Shown here piece by piece: positions 1 to 8,239 of a DNA stretch of 64,000 nt. The notes beneath the pieces are model-generated. The model had not been told where the DNA came from, did not search any database, and saw only the letters and a list, made by a program, of their open reading frames with translations. The stretch is from Methanobacteriota archaeon. Lineage in GTDB: Archaea > Thermoplasmatota > E2 > DHVEG-1. The stretch covers positions 192,001 to 256,000 of the forward strand of contig CAVYNH010000004.1 of assembly GCA_963769885.1 (NCBI GenBank), written 5' to 3'. Numbering within the stretch: position 1 is the first letter of the stretch; every line of letters begins with the position of its first letter. The position numbers and the translations under genes were made by a program.

Positions 1-959
1 GCAACATGGTCACCGGCGCCAGCACCGCGAATCTGGCCGTCATCCTCATCGACGCCCGAAACGGCGTCGTCGAACAGACCCACCGCCACCTCTTCATCGC
101 CAGCCTGCTAGGCATCCCCCACTTCGTCATCTGCATCAACAAAATGGACCTCGTCGACTTCAAAGAAGATACCTACGAAGAAATCAAAGACGACCTCAAA
201 GGCTTCACCGCCAAACTCAATATCCCCGACGTCACCTACATCCCCATCAGCGCCCTCCTCGGCGACAACGTCGTCAACACCTCCACACACATGCCCTGGT
301 ACAAAGGACCCACCCTCCTCTACACCCTCGAAAACATCAACATCACCAGCGACGAAAACCTCGTCGACTGCCGCTTCCCCGTCCAATACGTCATCCGCCC
401 CCGCAACGACACCTACCACGACTACCGCGGCTACGCCGGCAAAATCGCCGGCGGCATCTTCAAGCCCGGCGATACCGTCACCGTCCTGCCCGCCGACCTC
501 ACCACCGAAATCACCAGCATCGAAACCCCCACGGGCCCCGTCACCGAAGCCTTCCCCCCCATGTCCGCCGTCATGCAACTCAAAGACGACATCGACATCA
601 GCCGCGGCGACATGATCGTCCGCGAACACAACCAACCAAAAGTCGGCCAGGACATCGACCTCATGGTCTGCTGGATGAATGCAACCCCGCTGCAGCCCAT
701 GAAAACCTACATCCTCCGCCACACCACACGAGAAACCAAGGCCATCGTCCGCACCCTCTACTATAAACTCGACATCAACACCCTCCACCGCATCGAAAAC
801 GTCCCCGAACTCGGCCTCAACGAAATCGGACGCATCTCCGTACGCACCGCCCAGCCCCTCCTTTACGACAGCTACCGCCGCAACCGCGTCACCGGCAGCC
901 TCATCCTCATCGACGAACGCACCAACGAAACCGTCGGGGCAGGGATGATCCGTGACTAA
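1..959 (+). CDS. cysN: Sulfate adenylyltransferase subunit 1 (GTPase), 5'-partial
   Basis: MVTGASTA, INKMD, PISALLGDNV, RFPVQYVIRP and C-terminal GSLILIDERTNETVGAGMI motifs; overlaps cysC; N-terminus lies outside the window. Confidence 0.95.
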   Translation, partial: NMVTGASTANLAVILIDARNGVVEQTHRHLFIASLLGIPHFVICINKMDLVDFKEDTYEEIKDDLKGFTAKLNIPDVTYIPISALLGDNVVNTSTHMPWYKGPTLLYTLENINITSDENLVDCRFPVQYVIRPRNDTYHDYRGYAGKIAGGIFKPGDTVTVLPADLTTEITSIETPTGPVTEAFPPMSAVMQLKDDIDISRGDMIVREHNQPKVGQDIDLMVCWMNATPLQPMKTYILRHTTRETKAIVRTLYYKLDINTLHRIENVPELGLNEIGRISVRTAQPLLYDSYRRNRVTGSLILIDERTNETVGAGMIRD

Positions 960-1491
960 ACACCCATCACGCGGCGTCACCGTCTGGTTCACCGGACTGC
1001 CCTGCAGTGGCAAGACCACCGTCGCCGACCACGTCGCCGACCGTCTCAAAATCCAAGGCTACCCCATCGAACGACTCGACGGCGACATCGTCCGTAAAGA
1101 CCTCACCAAAGACCTCGGATTCTCCAGACAAGACCGCGACGAAAACCTCAATCGCGTCACCGCCCTCGCCGCCAGTCTCACCACCCAAGGCAAAATCGTC
1201 CTCGCCACCTTCGTCTCCCCCTACCGCGACCGCCGCGAAAAAAGCCGCGCCGCCATCCCCGACTTCCTCGAAATCTACGCCCGCTGCCCCATCGAAGTCT
1301 GCATCCAGCGCGACGTCAAAGGCATGTACAAGCAAGCCCTCGCCGGCCGCCTCAAAGGCTTCACCGGCATCGACAACCCCTACGAAGAACCACAACAACC
1401 CGACCTCATCCTCGACACCGACAAAGAAACCATCCAAGAAAGCACCGAAAAAGTCATCGCCCTCCTTAAAACCAAAGGCTACCTCAAGTAG
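952..1491 (+). CDS. cysC: Adenylyl-sulfate (APS) kinase
   Basis: VWFTGLPCSGKTT P-loop, LDGD, DLGFS..DR.EN, RDVKGMY, FTGIDNPYEEP. Confidence 0.96.
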   Translation: MTKHPSRGVTVWFTGLPCSGKTTVADHVADRLKIQGYPIERLDGDIVRKDLTKDLGFSRQDRDENLNRVTALAASLTTQGKIVLATFVSPYRDRREKSRAAIPDFLEIYARCPIEVCIQRDVKGMYKQALAGRLKGFTGIDNPYEEPQQPDLILDTDKETIQESTEKVIALLKTKGYLK

Positions 1492-1499
1492 CCCTCCCG

Positions 1500-2318
1500 C
1501 TACTCCTCATTCACCCGATAAACCCCACGGCGATATTCAATGAGGCCCTCATCCGCCATCTTCTTAAGAATCTCCTGGGCCCGGTGCACCGGTGTCCCTG
1601 CCTTTTCCGCAAGCACGACCGCCGAAGCCGGACTCTGAAGCAGCAGTCGAAGAAGCTGGGCGCGCATCTGCCGATCCGAACCCTCGAATCGGGACTGACG
1701 CGTCCGAGGCGCGATCCCAGTCCGCCGCGCCGTCACCACCAACGCCCCGTAATCCATGAGCGCATTATGCCACTCCCGACTCCGCCCCCGCGGCAGACAC
1801 CGTGATGCGAGAGTCCATAACTCATGATCCGACGCCGACTCCGGCACCTCAAACTCAGCCACCAGAATCCGCCGGATGTTTGTATCCACCGTCACCAGGT
1901 CCTCGTTCGCCGCAAAGATACGCACCGCCGAAGCAGTATATCGCCCTACCCCGGGGACCGCATGATAGTTCCGCATCGCCTCCAACACATCCCCATCAAA
2001 CCGCTCCACGATGACACCCGCGGCCCGATGCAGGTTCACCCCCCGAGAATTATACCCCAGACCCATCCACGCCCGCAGGACCGCCTCCCGGGAGGCCGCG
2101 GCCAGCGCCTCCACCGCCGGCCAGGCCTGCACCCACCGGACATAATACGAGACGACCCTGGCAACCTGCGTCTGCTGCAACATCACCTCCGAGACCAGGA
2201 TACGGTACGGATCCGTGGTCTCGCGCCACGGCAGCGACCTGCCATGCTCCCGATAAAACCCTAAAACCCGTTCCTGAAACCCTTGAATCAGCTCCTCCGA
2301 GACCCCCTCGAGCGCCAT
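1500..2318 (-). CDS. mutY: A/G-specific adenine glycosylase, MutY-like HhH-GPD, lacking the Fe-S motif
   Basis: LPWR..DPY.ILVSEVMLQQTQV, W.GLGY, PGVGRYTA HhH, VDTNIRR, ALMDYGA. Confidence 0.85.
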   Translation of the reverse strand: MALEGVSEELIQGFQERVLGFYREHGRSLPWRETTDPYRILVSEVMLQQTQVARVVSYYVRWVQAWPAVEALAAASREAVLRAWMGLGYNSRGVNLHRAAGVIVERFDGDVLEAMRNYHAVPGVGRYTASAVRIFAANEDLVTVDTNIRRILVAEFEVPESASDHELWTLASRCLPRGRSREWHNALMDYGALVVTARRTGIAPRTRQSRFEGSDRQMRAQLLRLLLQSPASAVVLAEKAGTPVHRAQEILKKMADEGLIEYRRGVYRVNEE

Positions 2319-2375
2319 GTCAAATGCAGGAAAAAGGGTAGAAGTCTATCAAGTTTTGCCCAAAAAAGGAGAGTA

Positions 2376-3060
2376 TTAAATCCGGATCACGAAGAAACCG
2401 ACAACGAAGGCATCAATGTTCGCCTCAGTCCGTCCCACCCGAACGCGGATCGTCGGCTCACCCAGACCAAAGACAAGCGACCGCAGAATCTGCGTCTCCC
2501 CAGCCTTAATCGAAATCGTCCCGTTCCGGGTACTGCCCCAGGAGGTAGATCCCGTTATCCAGGGAAATCGAAAACGGCGTTTCAACCAGATCCTCAGTCC
2601 CGATGTTCGTGACCCTGGCCACCGGACCGATGCCGCCGGTAATCTCAATCGAGACCGGGCTTGCCAGGATGATGGTGAAACTCGCGTTCTTCGGAAACTC
2701 CACATTGCCCGCCTTGTCATCAGAATAATACGTCACCGTGTGCAGACCATTCCCCGAGACAATGAACTGCCCCCCATACACCGAGAAATTCCCAGAATCA
2801 ATCTGATAATACGTGGCATTGACCCCGGACAGATCATCCGAGGCGTTCAATAACACCGTCACATTACTGATATAGTTCTGCCCCTGCATGATACCTTGGA
2901 GAACACAGGTCGTGACCGGTGGGGTCGTATCGTTCCCGCTGAGACGTGCACCGCCCCCTATTTGTGATGGTGGGGATGGGGTAGCGGCCATCGACCAGCC
3001 CGAAAGGCTAGCCACGAGAAAACAAAGTAGGATGAAAGTGCGTAGTGGCATAGTCTTCAT
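2376..3060 (-). pseudogene. Secreted Ig-like domain protein split by a 1-nt frameshift (true pseudogene or sequence error)
   Basis: Signal peptide and DTTPPVT..SDDLSGV..HTVTYYSDDKAGNVE domain. Removing one G at 2528-2530 joins LLGQY to RNGTISIKAGETQ..FVVGFFVIRI of ORF 2376..2720. Confidence 0.7.
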
Positions 3061-3230
3061 TAGACTCCCCACGTATCTATACCAGAGGGAATTAATAAGG
3101 TTTCTCCTTCAAGTCTTACCAGAACAACCGTTACACACCATGCAGTGTAGTGAAGGCCAGAGACTGTGCTGACTGAGACGTTTCTCCCGTAAACGCGCGT
3201 TTCCAGGGTCAAAAGAGGGGCACCATCTCG

Positions 3231-5390
3231 TCATTGAAGAATCTGCACTCGGAAATGCCATAGAATCCCGATATGGTCCAGGAGCCAGTGTAATAGAGGA
3301 AACACGGGTCGTTCGACGATGAACGGCATCCGGACATGGAGGCTCCCCCAGTCGCTTTCGACGCCGTACACATCCCGGGCTTTGCATCTAATCGTATAGG
3401 CACCACGTTTCGCCCAGGTATGGGCGATGGTTTGGATCTGCCCAGAAGGAAATGGTCCGATCCAGCCACTCGTAGTATTGTCTCCCCAGTCGATGAAATA
3501 GGAGAGGGTATCGTTGTTTGAATCGGTTGCGACCACCGTATAGTTGTAAGACCTGCCTGGTTTTCCGGTCGCGGGCCCGTCAATGGTTGGGGTCGTTGGT
3601 GGGATGTTGTCTCCGGCAATGAACGCCCAGGTGGAGTCGCAGGCGATGATACCCACGCCGTCAGTGACCGTGAGGGTGACGGTGTAGTTTCCGGCGGTGT
3701 GGTAGGTGTGGGTGGGGTTCTGCTCGTCAGATGTCGCGCCGTCGCCGAAGGTCCAGTGGTACTGATAGGGTGGTGTGCCGTTCTCGGCTGATCCGGTGAA
3801 GTGGAGGGGGGTTTCGACGGCGCCATGATAGGGGCCGTGGGCGTGGGCGATGCAGCCGCCGATGATCGTGAAGTCTGCGGGGGAGATGGCGGTGGCGCTG
3901 GTGGTGCTGGTGGTGACCGTGATTTTGACGCGGCAGTGGGTTGATCCGGTGCCAGCGACGAGCCATTGGTAGCAGCCGTTGTCTAGCAGATCCGTGGCAA
4001 TGGGATACCAGGGTCCTGAAGGACCAGTGAGGGAATAGAAGAGGTCGACTGTGGCATCGCCTTGGGCTAGGGGGACGGCGGAAAGCCAACGGATGTTGCG
4101 GATGGCGTTGCCAGTGAAGGTTTCACCGCCGTAAGGGGATCTGAGGTGGACCGACAATGCGGTCGGCTCTTGCCAAGGGGAGATGGCGCATAGGACGTTG
4201 TGCGATTGTTCGATGACGAAGATGACGTCTTCGCGGCCGTCGTGGTCGAAGTCGCCGTCGACGCGCAACATGACGCAGTCTCCGGTCATGAAGAAGGTAG
4301 CATCGGCAGACCAGTATCCTGTACCGTAACCGAGGTAGACTTGGGCGACGTTGGTGGTAAAGGTCATGATGTCTAGGTATCCGTCGGCGTTGAGGTCGCC
4401 GCATTGAACGCGGTAGTCTCCGGTTGTCGGGAGGCCGGTGGAGGCTTGGGTCCAGGTGTTATTGTTTTTATGGTAGAGGTAGGCGCGGACGCCTTGGTTG
4501 TCGTAGGAGATGGCGAGGTCGTCGGTGCCGTCGTTATTGAGGTCGCCGTGATCGAGGCCGACGGCGACGGCGGTGGGGAGTCCGTTTTGGCTGAGGGTGA
4601 AGTTGAAGTGGCCGTCGCCGAGGTAGACGTTGGTGTTGTATTTAGTCCCGATGAAGTCCATGTTTCCGTCGGCGTTGATGTCGCAGGTTTTGAGGTCGTC
4701 GTTGGTGTTGTCGATGGTGTTGGTCCATTTGTGGGTCCAGGTGCCGTTGCCGTTGTTTTTGTAGACGTGGTAGCCGTTGCCGTAGCCGAAGGATTGGCTG
4801 ACGAGGTCGAGGAGGCCGTCGTTGTTGAAGTCGGCGAAGTCGGTGGCGCCCATGCCCCAGGTTTCGCCGCCTGTTCCGAGTCCGGTGGCCCAGCCGGTCC
4901 AGTTGATGCCGGTGCCGTCGCCGAGGGCGGCGCCGATGAGGGTGTCGCCGAAGCCGGGTGTTGAGCTGTAGTCGTGGTGGATGCCCCAGGCGATGTCGGG
5001 GTGGCCGTCAAGGTTGAGGTCGCCGATGGCGCAGCCGCCGTAGCCGAAGTCGCCGGTTTGGTGGATGGTCCAGGTGCCGGTGCCGTCGCCGAGCCAGGCC
5101 ATGATGCCGTGTTCTTGGGTGTTGATGTAGGGGTTGCCGTGGTCGCCGACGCTGAGGATGTCGAGGTGGCCGTCTTGGTTGATGTCGGCGAGTTCGACTT
5201 CCATGGGGCCGCCGTCAAGGCTGGGGGTGTTGAGGCCGGTGGATTTGGGGATGAAGGTGAGTTGGTTCGAGGAGGGGCGTGCCCCGGCGTTGGATGATCG
5301 GGCGGTCCAAGGGGTCAGAGATGTTGAGCAGAGGAGGATTGTTAAGACGCCCGCGAAAAGGATGCGGTGAAGCGGTGTGTGGTGGTTCAA
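3231..5390 (-). CDS. Secreted FG-GAP/VCBS beta-propeller protein with PKD domains
   Basis: Signal peptide; repeated D(I/L/F)NxDGxxD loops; PKD WTFGDG..NPTHTY and YFIDWGD; TTG start after GGGGGA. Confidence 0.9.
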   Translation of the reverse strand: MNHHTPLHRILFAGVLTILLCSTSLTPWTARSSNAGARPSSNQLTFIPKSTGLNTPSLDGGPMEVELADINQDGHLDILSVGDHGNPYINTQEHGIMAWLGDGTGTWTIHQTGDFGYGGCAIGDLNLDGHPDIAWGIHHDYSSTPGFGDTLIGAALGDGTGINWTGWATGLGTGGETWGMGATDFADFNNDGLLDLVSQSFGYGNGYHVYKNNGNGTWTHKWTNTIDNTNDDLKTCDINADGNMDFIGTKYNTNVYLGDGHFNFTLSQNGLPTAVAVGLDHGDLNNDGTDDLAISYDNQGVRAYLYHKNNNTWTQASTGLPTTGDYRVQCGDLNADGYLDIMTFTTNVAQVYLGYGTGYWSADATFFMTGDCVMLRVDGDFDHDGREDVIFVIEQSHNVLCAISPWQEPTALSVHLRSPYGGETFTGNAIRNIRWLSAVPLAQGDATVDLFYSLTGPSGPWYPIATDLLDNGCYQWLVAGTGSTHCRVKITVTTSTTSATAISPADFTIIGGCIAHAHGPYHGAVETPLHFTGSAENGTPPYQYHWTFGDGATSDEQNPTHTYHTAGNYTVTLTVTDGVGIIACDSTWAFIAGDNIPPTTPTIDGPATGKPGRSYNYTVVATDSNNDTLSYFIDWGDNTTSGWIGPFPSGQIQTIAHTWAKRGAYTIRCKARDVYGVESDWGSLHVRMPFIVERPVFPLLHWLLDHIGILWHFRVQILQ

Positions 5391-5696
5391 CCTCTGTTCC
5401 CCCGTTCAGATTCATTAGGTGGTGCCGTATTTTAATGTTGTGCTAAGGAGGGGTGGGTTATCCTTGGTTCTTTTGGTGTGGTAGTAGGTGTAACCCGAGG
5501 AAGTCAGCCTGGTTTTCGTCTGCTCGCAGGGGGAATCCGGGTCGCCGACGCAGCACAGACCGTGCCCCGGATATTCTACCATTAATTTCCTATTCCCAAT
5601 CTGTAACTTAAGTAAGTCTCGCTATTCAAAACTATGTTAGAAGGAATTCTATATTATTATATCTGCAAGAAATAGAAATGACGTATGAAGGATGAA

Positions 5697-5724
5697 AAAA
5701 GCGCAGGGGAAGGGATTTGAACCC
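5697..5724 (-). repeat. att-like direct repeat of the tRNA-Leu(CAA) 3' end
   Basis: aaaagcgcaggggaagggatttgaaccc vs 8022-8049 aaaagtgcaggggaagggatttgaaccc (27/28). Confidence 0.92.
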
Positions 5725-5752
5725 TTGTTTATCGGTACATAGGCGATTTTTA

Positions 5753-6601
5753 CTAGGGAACATATGTTGCTGTTGCAAGAGCTTGACCAAGGTAAAAACT
5801 TATTTTATCAAATTGATTAACGGGGAACCAAATCCTGAGTCCTTTAAAACCAATTAGCCAGTTCAAATTATCATTTATTGATTGCAACCCTTTTAATCCG
5901 AAAGACACCCCTCGGTAGCCGGAATTAATTGTTACCACTGTCCACAGTAAAAGAGGGCTAAACAAATTGAAAATCAACGAAGGAATCCCTACGACAGCAG
6001 ACAGTAATAATGGAATAGCCACCAACATTGCAAGATTAAGATTATTAAAATGAAACATCCCATAGGTAAAAAGCATAAAAAGAATTATCATAGGTAAAGT
6101 CAGCAACCCAAATATTACATCATTTCCTGCTAACACCGAATACATGGACAGCAAACAAAAGACATTGCTAAACGCTAAATGAAATTGAGAAAACCTAAGA
6201 GAGCCCACCAGTTTTTCAACAGCAGGATGAACTTGATCTGCCGTCACCAACTTCTGTGCCTTTTCAACACTCATACCTTTTGGCAATAGACCATACTTAT
6301 TGAACTCCACGACTGCTTCCTTGAAGATAGGAACCGCTTCTTCCCTGGTTGTCGTCTGGTTCAATCGTGCTTTGAAATCAACAAGATACTGCTGTAGGTT
6401 CTGATACTGTTGCCTGGTGAGTTTCACAGTGGTATCCCCAAATCCCTGGATACCACAGGCTTGAGTAGTCACTTCAACAAGGTCATTAGTTAGTGATGCT
6501 TTGGCCACATTGAAGTTGATGCTTGGTGCGACTGCAACACCAATGAACAAAAGAATGATACCAATTGCAGAACATTTCCCAATCAGAGGATATTTTTTCA
6601 T
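5753..6601 (-). CDS. Hypothetical exported/membrane protein
   Basis: 282-aa ORF; N-terminal signal-like segment, helical middle, hydrophobic C-terminal half; AT-richer codon usage. Confidence 0.8.
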   Translation of the reverse strand: MKKYPLIGKCSAIGIILLFIGVAVAPSINFNVAKASLTNDLVEVTTQACGIQGFGDTTVKLTRQQYQNLQQYLVDFKARLNQTTTREEAVPIFKEAVVEFNKYGLLPKGMSVEKAQKLVTADQVHPAVEKLVGSLRFSQFHLAFSNVFCLLSMYSVLAGNDVIFGLLTLPMIILFMLFTYGMFHFNNLNLAMLVAIPLLLSAVVGIPSLIFNLFSPLLLWTVVTINSGYRGVSFGLKGLQSINDNLNWLIGFKGLRIWFPVNQFDKISFYLGQALATATYVP

Positions 6602-6741
6602 CTATTCTGCCCCATTTGAAAATGAAGAATACTTCTCTATTTAAAATCTCCGTTAACGTGATTTCTCCAGAAATGAACCGGTATTTCGGAGTTCAAATCA
6701 TTTTTTTGTATTCTAGAATTCTTCTCCAGTAAAAATAAGAA

Positions 6742-6768
6742 AAAAGTGCAGGGGAAGTGATACCAACC
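6742..6768 (-). repeat. Degenerate second copy of the tRNA-Leu 3' end
   Basis: aaaagtgcaggggaagtgataccaacc; first 16 nt identical to 8022-8037; 23/27 overall. Confidence 0.8.
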
Positions 6769-6893
6769 TCAAGTTTAAATCTCACGGATCCGTGGGGGGG
6801 TACCTGGTTCCCTCCTAGTGGATTGTTCAATATTGGCCTGTTCTTTGGTTTGTTGAGCAAAGCGGGACTGCTCGTCTTAAATCAGCGAAACAA

Positions 6894-6916
6894 GGGACCG
6901 AGGGTGATTTGAACCC
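6894..6916 (-). repeat. tRNA 3'-end-like motif with a different acceptor strand (CGGTCCC)
   Basis: Reverse complement GGGTTCAAATCACCCTCGGTCCC: T-loop plus acceptor-like 3' strand. Confidence 0.55.
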
Positions 6917-7020
6917 ATCTCATATATCCGATATAGTAAAACCCAAAACAACCAAATCAGAATGAACTTCAGCCTTAAAAAAACGACAGGCACAATAAGA
7001 ATTTGTTGGAAGTGCAGAAC

Positions 7021-7785
7021 ATGAACGAGAATGCGTTGTACGAGGCTATTTTCAAACGAAAATCGGTTAGAGATTATGACCCAACGCCCATTGACTCCAA
7101 GCCCCTCGAAGAGATTTCAACGAATTTGCAGTCCTTAAAGCCAATGGTGACAGGGATTAAGACAGAGTTCAGGATTATTTCGCCAAATCAAGTAACCAGA
7201 AAGTTTAGCAACAAAGCGCCCCACTTCATTGCGGCGTTCTCAGAAGCAAAAGACGCTTACAAAGTCAATATTGGGTTTATGCTTCAACAAATGGACCTTT
7301 ATTTCTCGTCGAATGGGTTAGGCAGTTGTTGGTTGGGGATTCCGCAACCGACCAAAGACGTGGTAGATTCTTCAGATCTTGAGTTTATTATTCTGATGTC
7401 ATTCGTAAATTCAAAAGAAACACTTCACAGGACGAACGTTTCGGAGTTCAAAAGAAAGCTCCTTTCGGATATTACCAACATCAAAGATGCTGACGAGTTG
7501 TTAGAACCAGCTCGTCTTGCTCCGTCAGCGGTAAACATGCAGAACTGGTATTTTACTGGCAATAAGAGCGCAATCCATGCCTATTCAAACAGGGCTGGAT
7601 TTCCTATTACTTTCGTTGGGGGAAGTTATTATCCTGTCAACATGGGCATTGCTCTTTACCATTTGCAGCTAGCGGGACAGCACTTTGGGTGGAAAACCAA
7701 ATTCGTCTTCGACAAGTCAAAAGATAAAAGTCCCCCTAAGAATCTGGATTACGTTGCAACCGTAGAGAGGGCATTTAACCTATAG
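7021..7785 (+). CDS. Nitroreductase family protein (two domains)
   Basis: IFKRKSVRDY, LGSCWLG, ARLAPSAVNMQNW, GIALYH. Confidence 0.9.
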   Translation: MNENALYEAIFKRKSVRDYDPTPIDSKPLEEISTNLQSLKPMVTGIKTEFRIISPNQVTRKFSNKAPHFIAAFSEAKDAYKVNIGFMLQQMDLYFSSNGLGSCWLGIPQPTKDVVDSSDLEFIILMSFVNSKETLHRTNVSEFKRKLLSDITNIKDADELLEPARLAPSAVNMQNWYFTGNKSAIHAYSNRAGFPITFVGGSYYPVNMGIALYHLQLAGQHFGWKTKFVFDKSKDKSPPKNLDYVATVERAFNL

Positions 7786-7790
7786 TGAAA

Positions 7791-7810
7791 TGCCCAGGGC
7801 GGGTATTTGA
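7791..7810 (-). repeat. tRNA 3'-end-like motif (acceptor strand CCTGGGC-A)
   Basis: Reverse complement TCAAATACCCGCCCTGGGCA. Confidence 0.45.
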
Positions 7811-7844
7811 TTTTAAGTCATCCAGACAAGAAAAAAGAATCAGA

Positions 7845-7869
7845 GTGCCGCAGGAGGGGATACTGAGCC
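7845..7869 (-). repeat. Degenerate tRNA 3'-end-like motif (acceptor strand CTGCGGC-A)
   Basis: Reverse complement GGCTCAGTATCCCCTCCTGCGGCAC followed by a T-rich tract. Confidence 0.4.
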
Positions 7870-8026
7870 GGGTTAAATACCCCCGTCCTATTATAGCTGA
7901 ATCTGTGTGGGTCTGGAGGCAGCTATAGGAGGTTTTTTTCAGACTGAAAGGTTCAAATCTCTTTTTTTAACCACAATAGCATTCATTGTGGTTTCACTAA
8001 GGTTTTCTCCTGTAGAACGGTAAAAG

Positions 8027-8111
8027 TGCAGGGGAAGGGATTTGAACCCCCGAACCTCTACAGGAACAGATCTTGAGTCTGTCGCCGTTGACCGAGCTTG
8101 GCTACCCCTGC
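8027..8111 (-). tRNA. tRNA-Leu(CAA)
   Basis: Acceptor GCAGGGG/CCCCTGC + A; anticodon arm ACAGA-CTCAAGA-TCTGT; long variable arm; GGTTCAAATC T-loop; CCA not encoded. Confidence 0.97.
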
Positions 8112-8239
8112 ACTCTCCACCGTCAATCCATCGAACCATAATAAATATTTAGGTAAACACCCACCAGCAGACAAATACAATCAAAAATCCTTTTAAACCA
8201 ACAACAAGCTACCATCCCCCAACCAAAACGAGGAGACGG

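Larger units (their letters stand above)
5580..8026. mobile_element. AT-richer accessory segment at the tRNA-Leu 3' end (candidate integrated cassette array)
   Basis: Compositional shift; 27/28-bp copy of the tRNA 3' end at 5697-5724 near the left edge; internal tRNA-end-like motifs; no integrase in window. Confidence 0.7.

Noticed and set aside
108-1543. Long antisense and off-frame ORFs (e.g. 108..1049 -, 1007..1543 +; also 17042..18664 +, 54140..55201 +, 55219..55683 +)
   Set aside because: Shadow ORFs: the skewed composition suppresses stops and yields V/G/D/E- or S/P/T-rich translations over recognisable genes
5697-6916. tRNA fragments read as split-tRNA halves
   Set aside because: They cover only the T-arm and acceptor 3' strand, with no anticodon half, complementary leader or BHB motif
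5697-8049. Repeats read as a CRISPR array
   Set aside because: Spacing is irregular (tens to ~1000 bp), the repeats are tRNA-derived, and there are no cas genes
7939-8139. 66-aa ORF
   Set aside because: Overlaps tRNA-Leu
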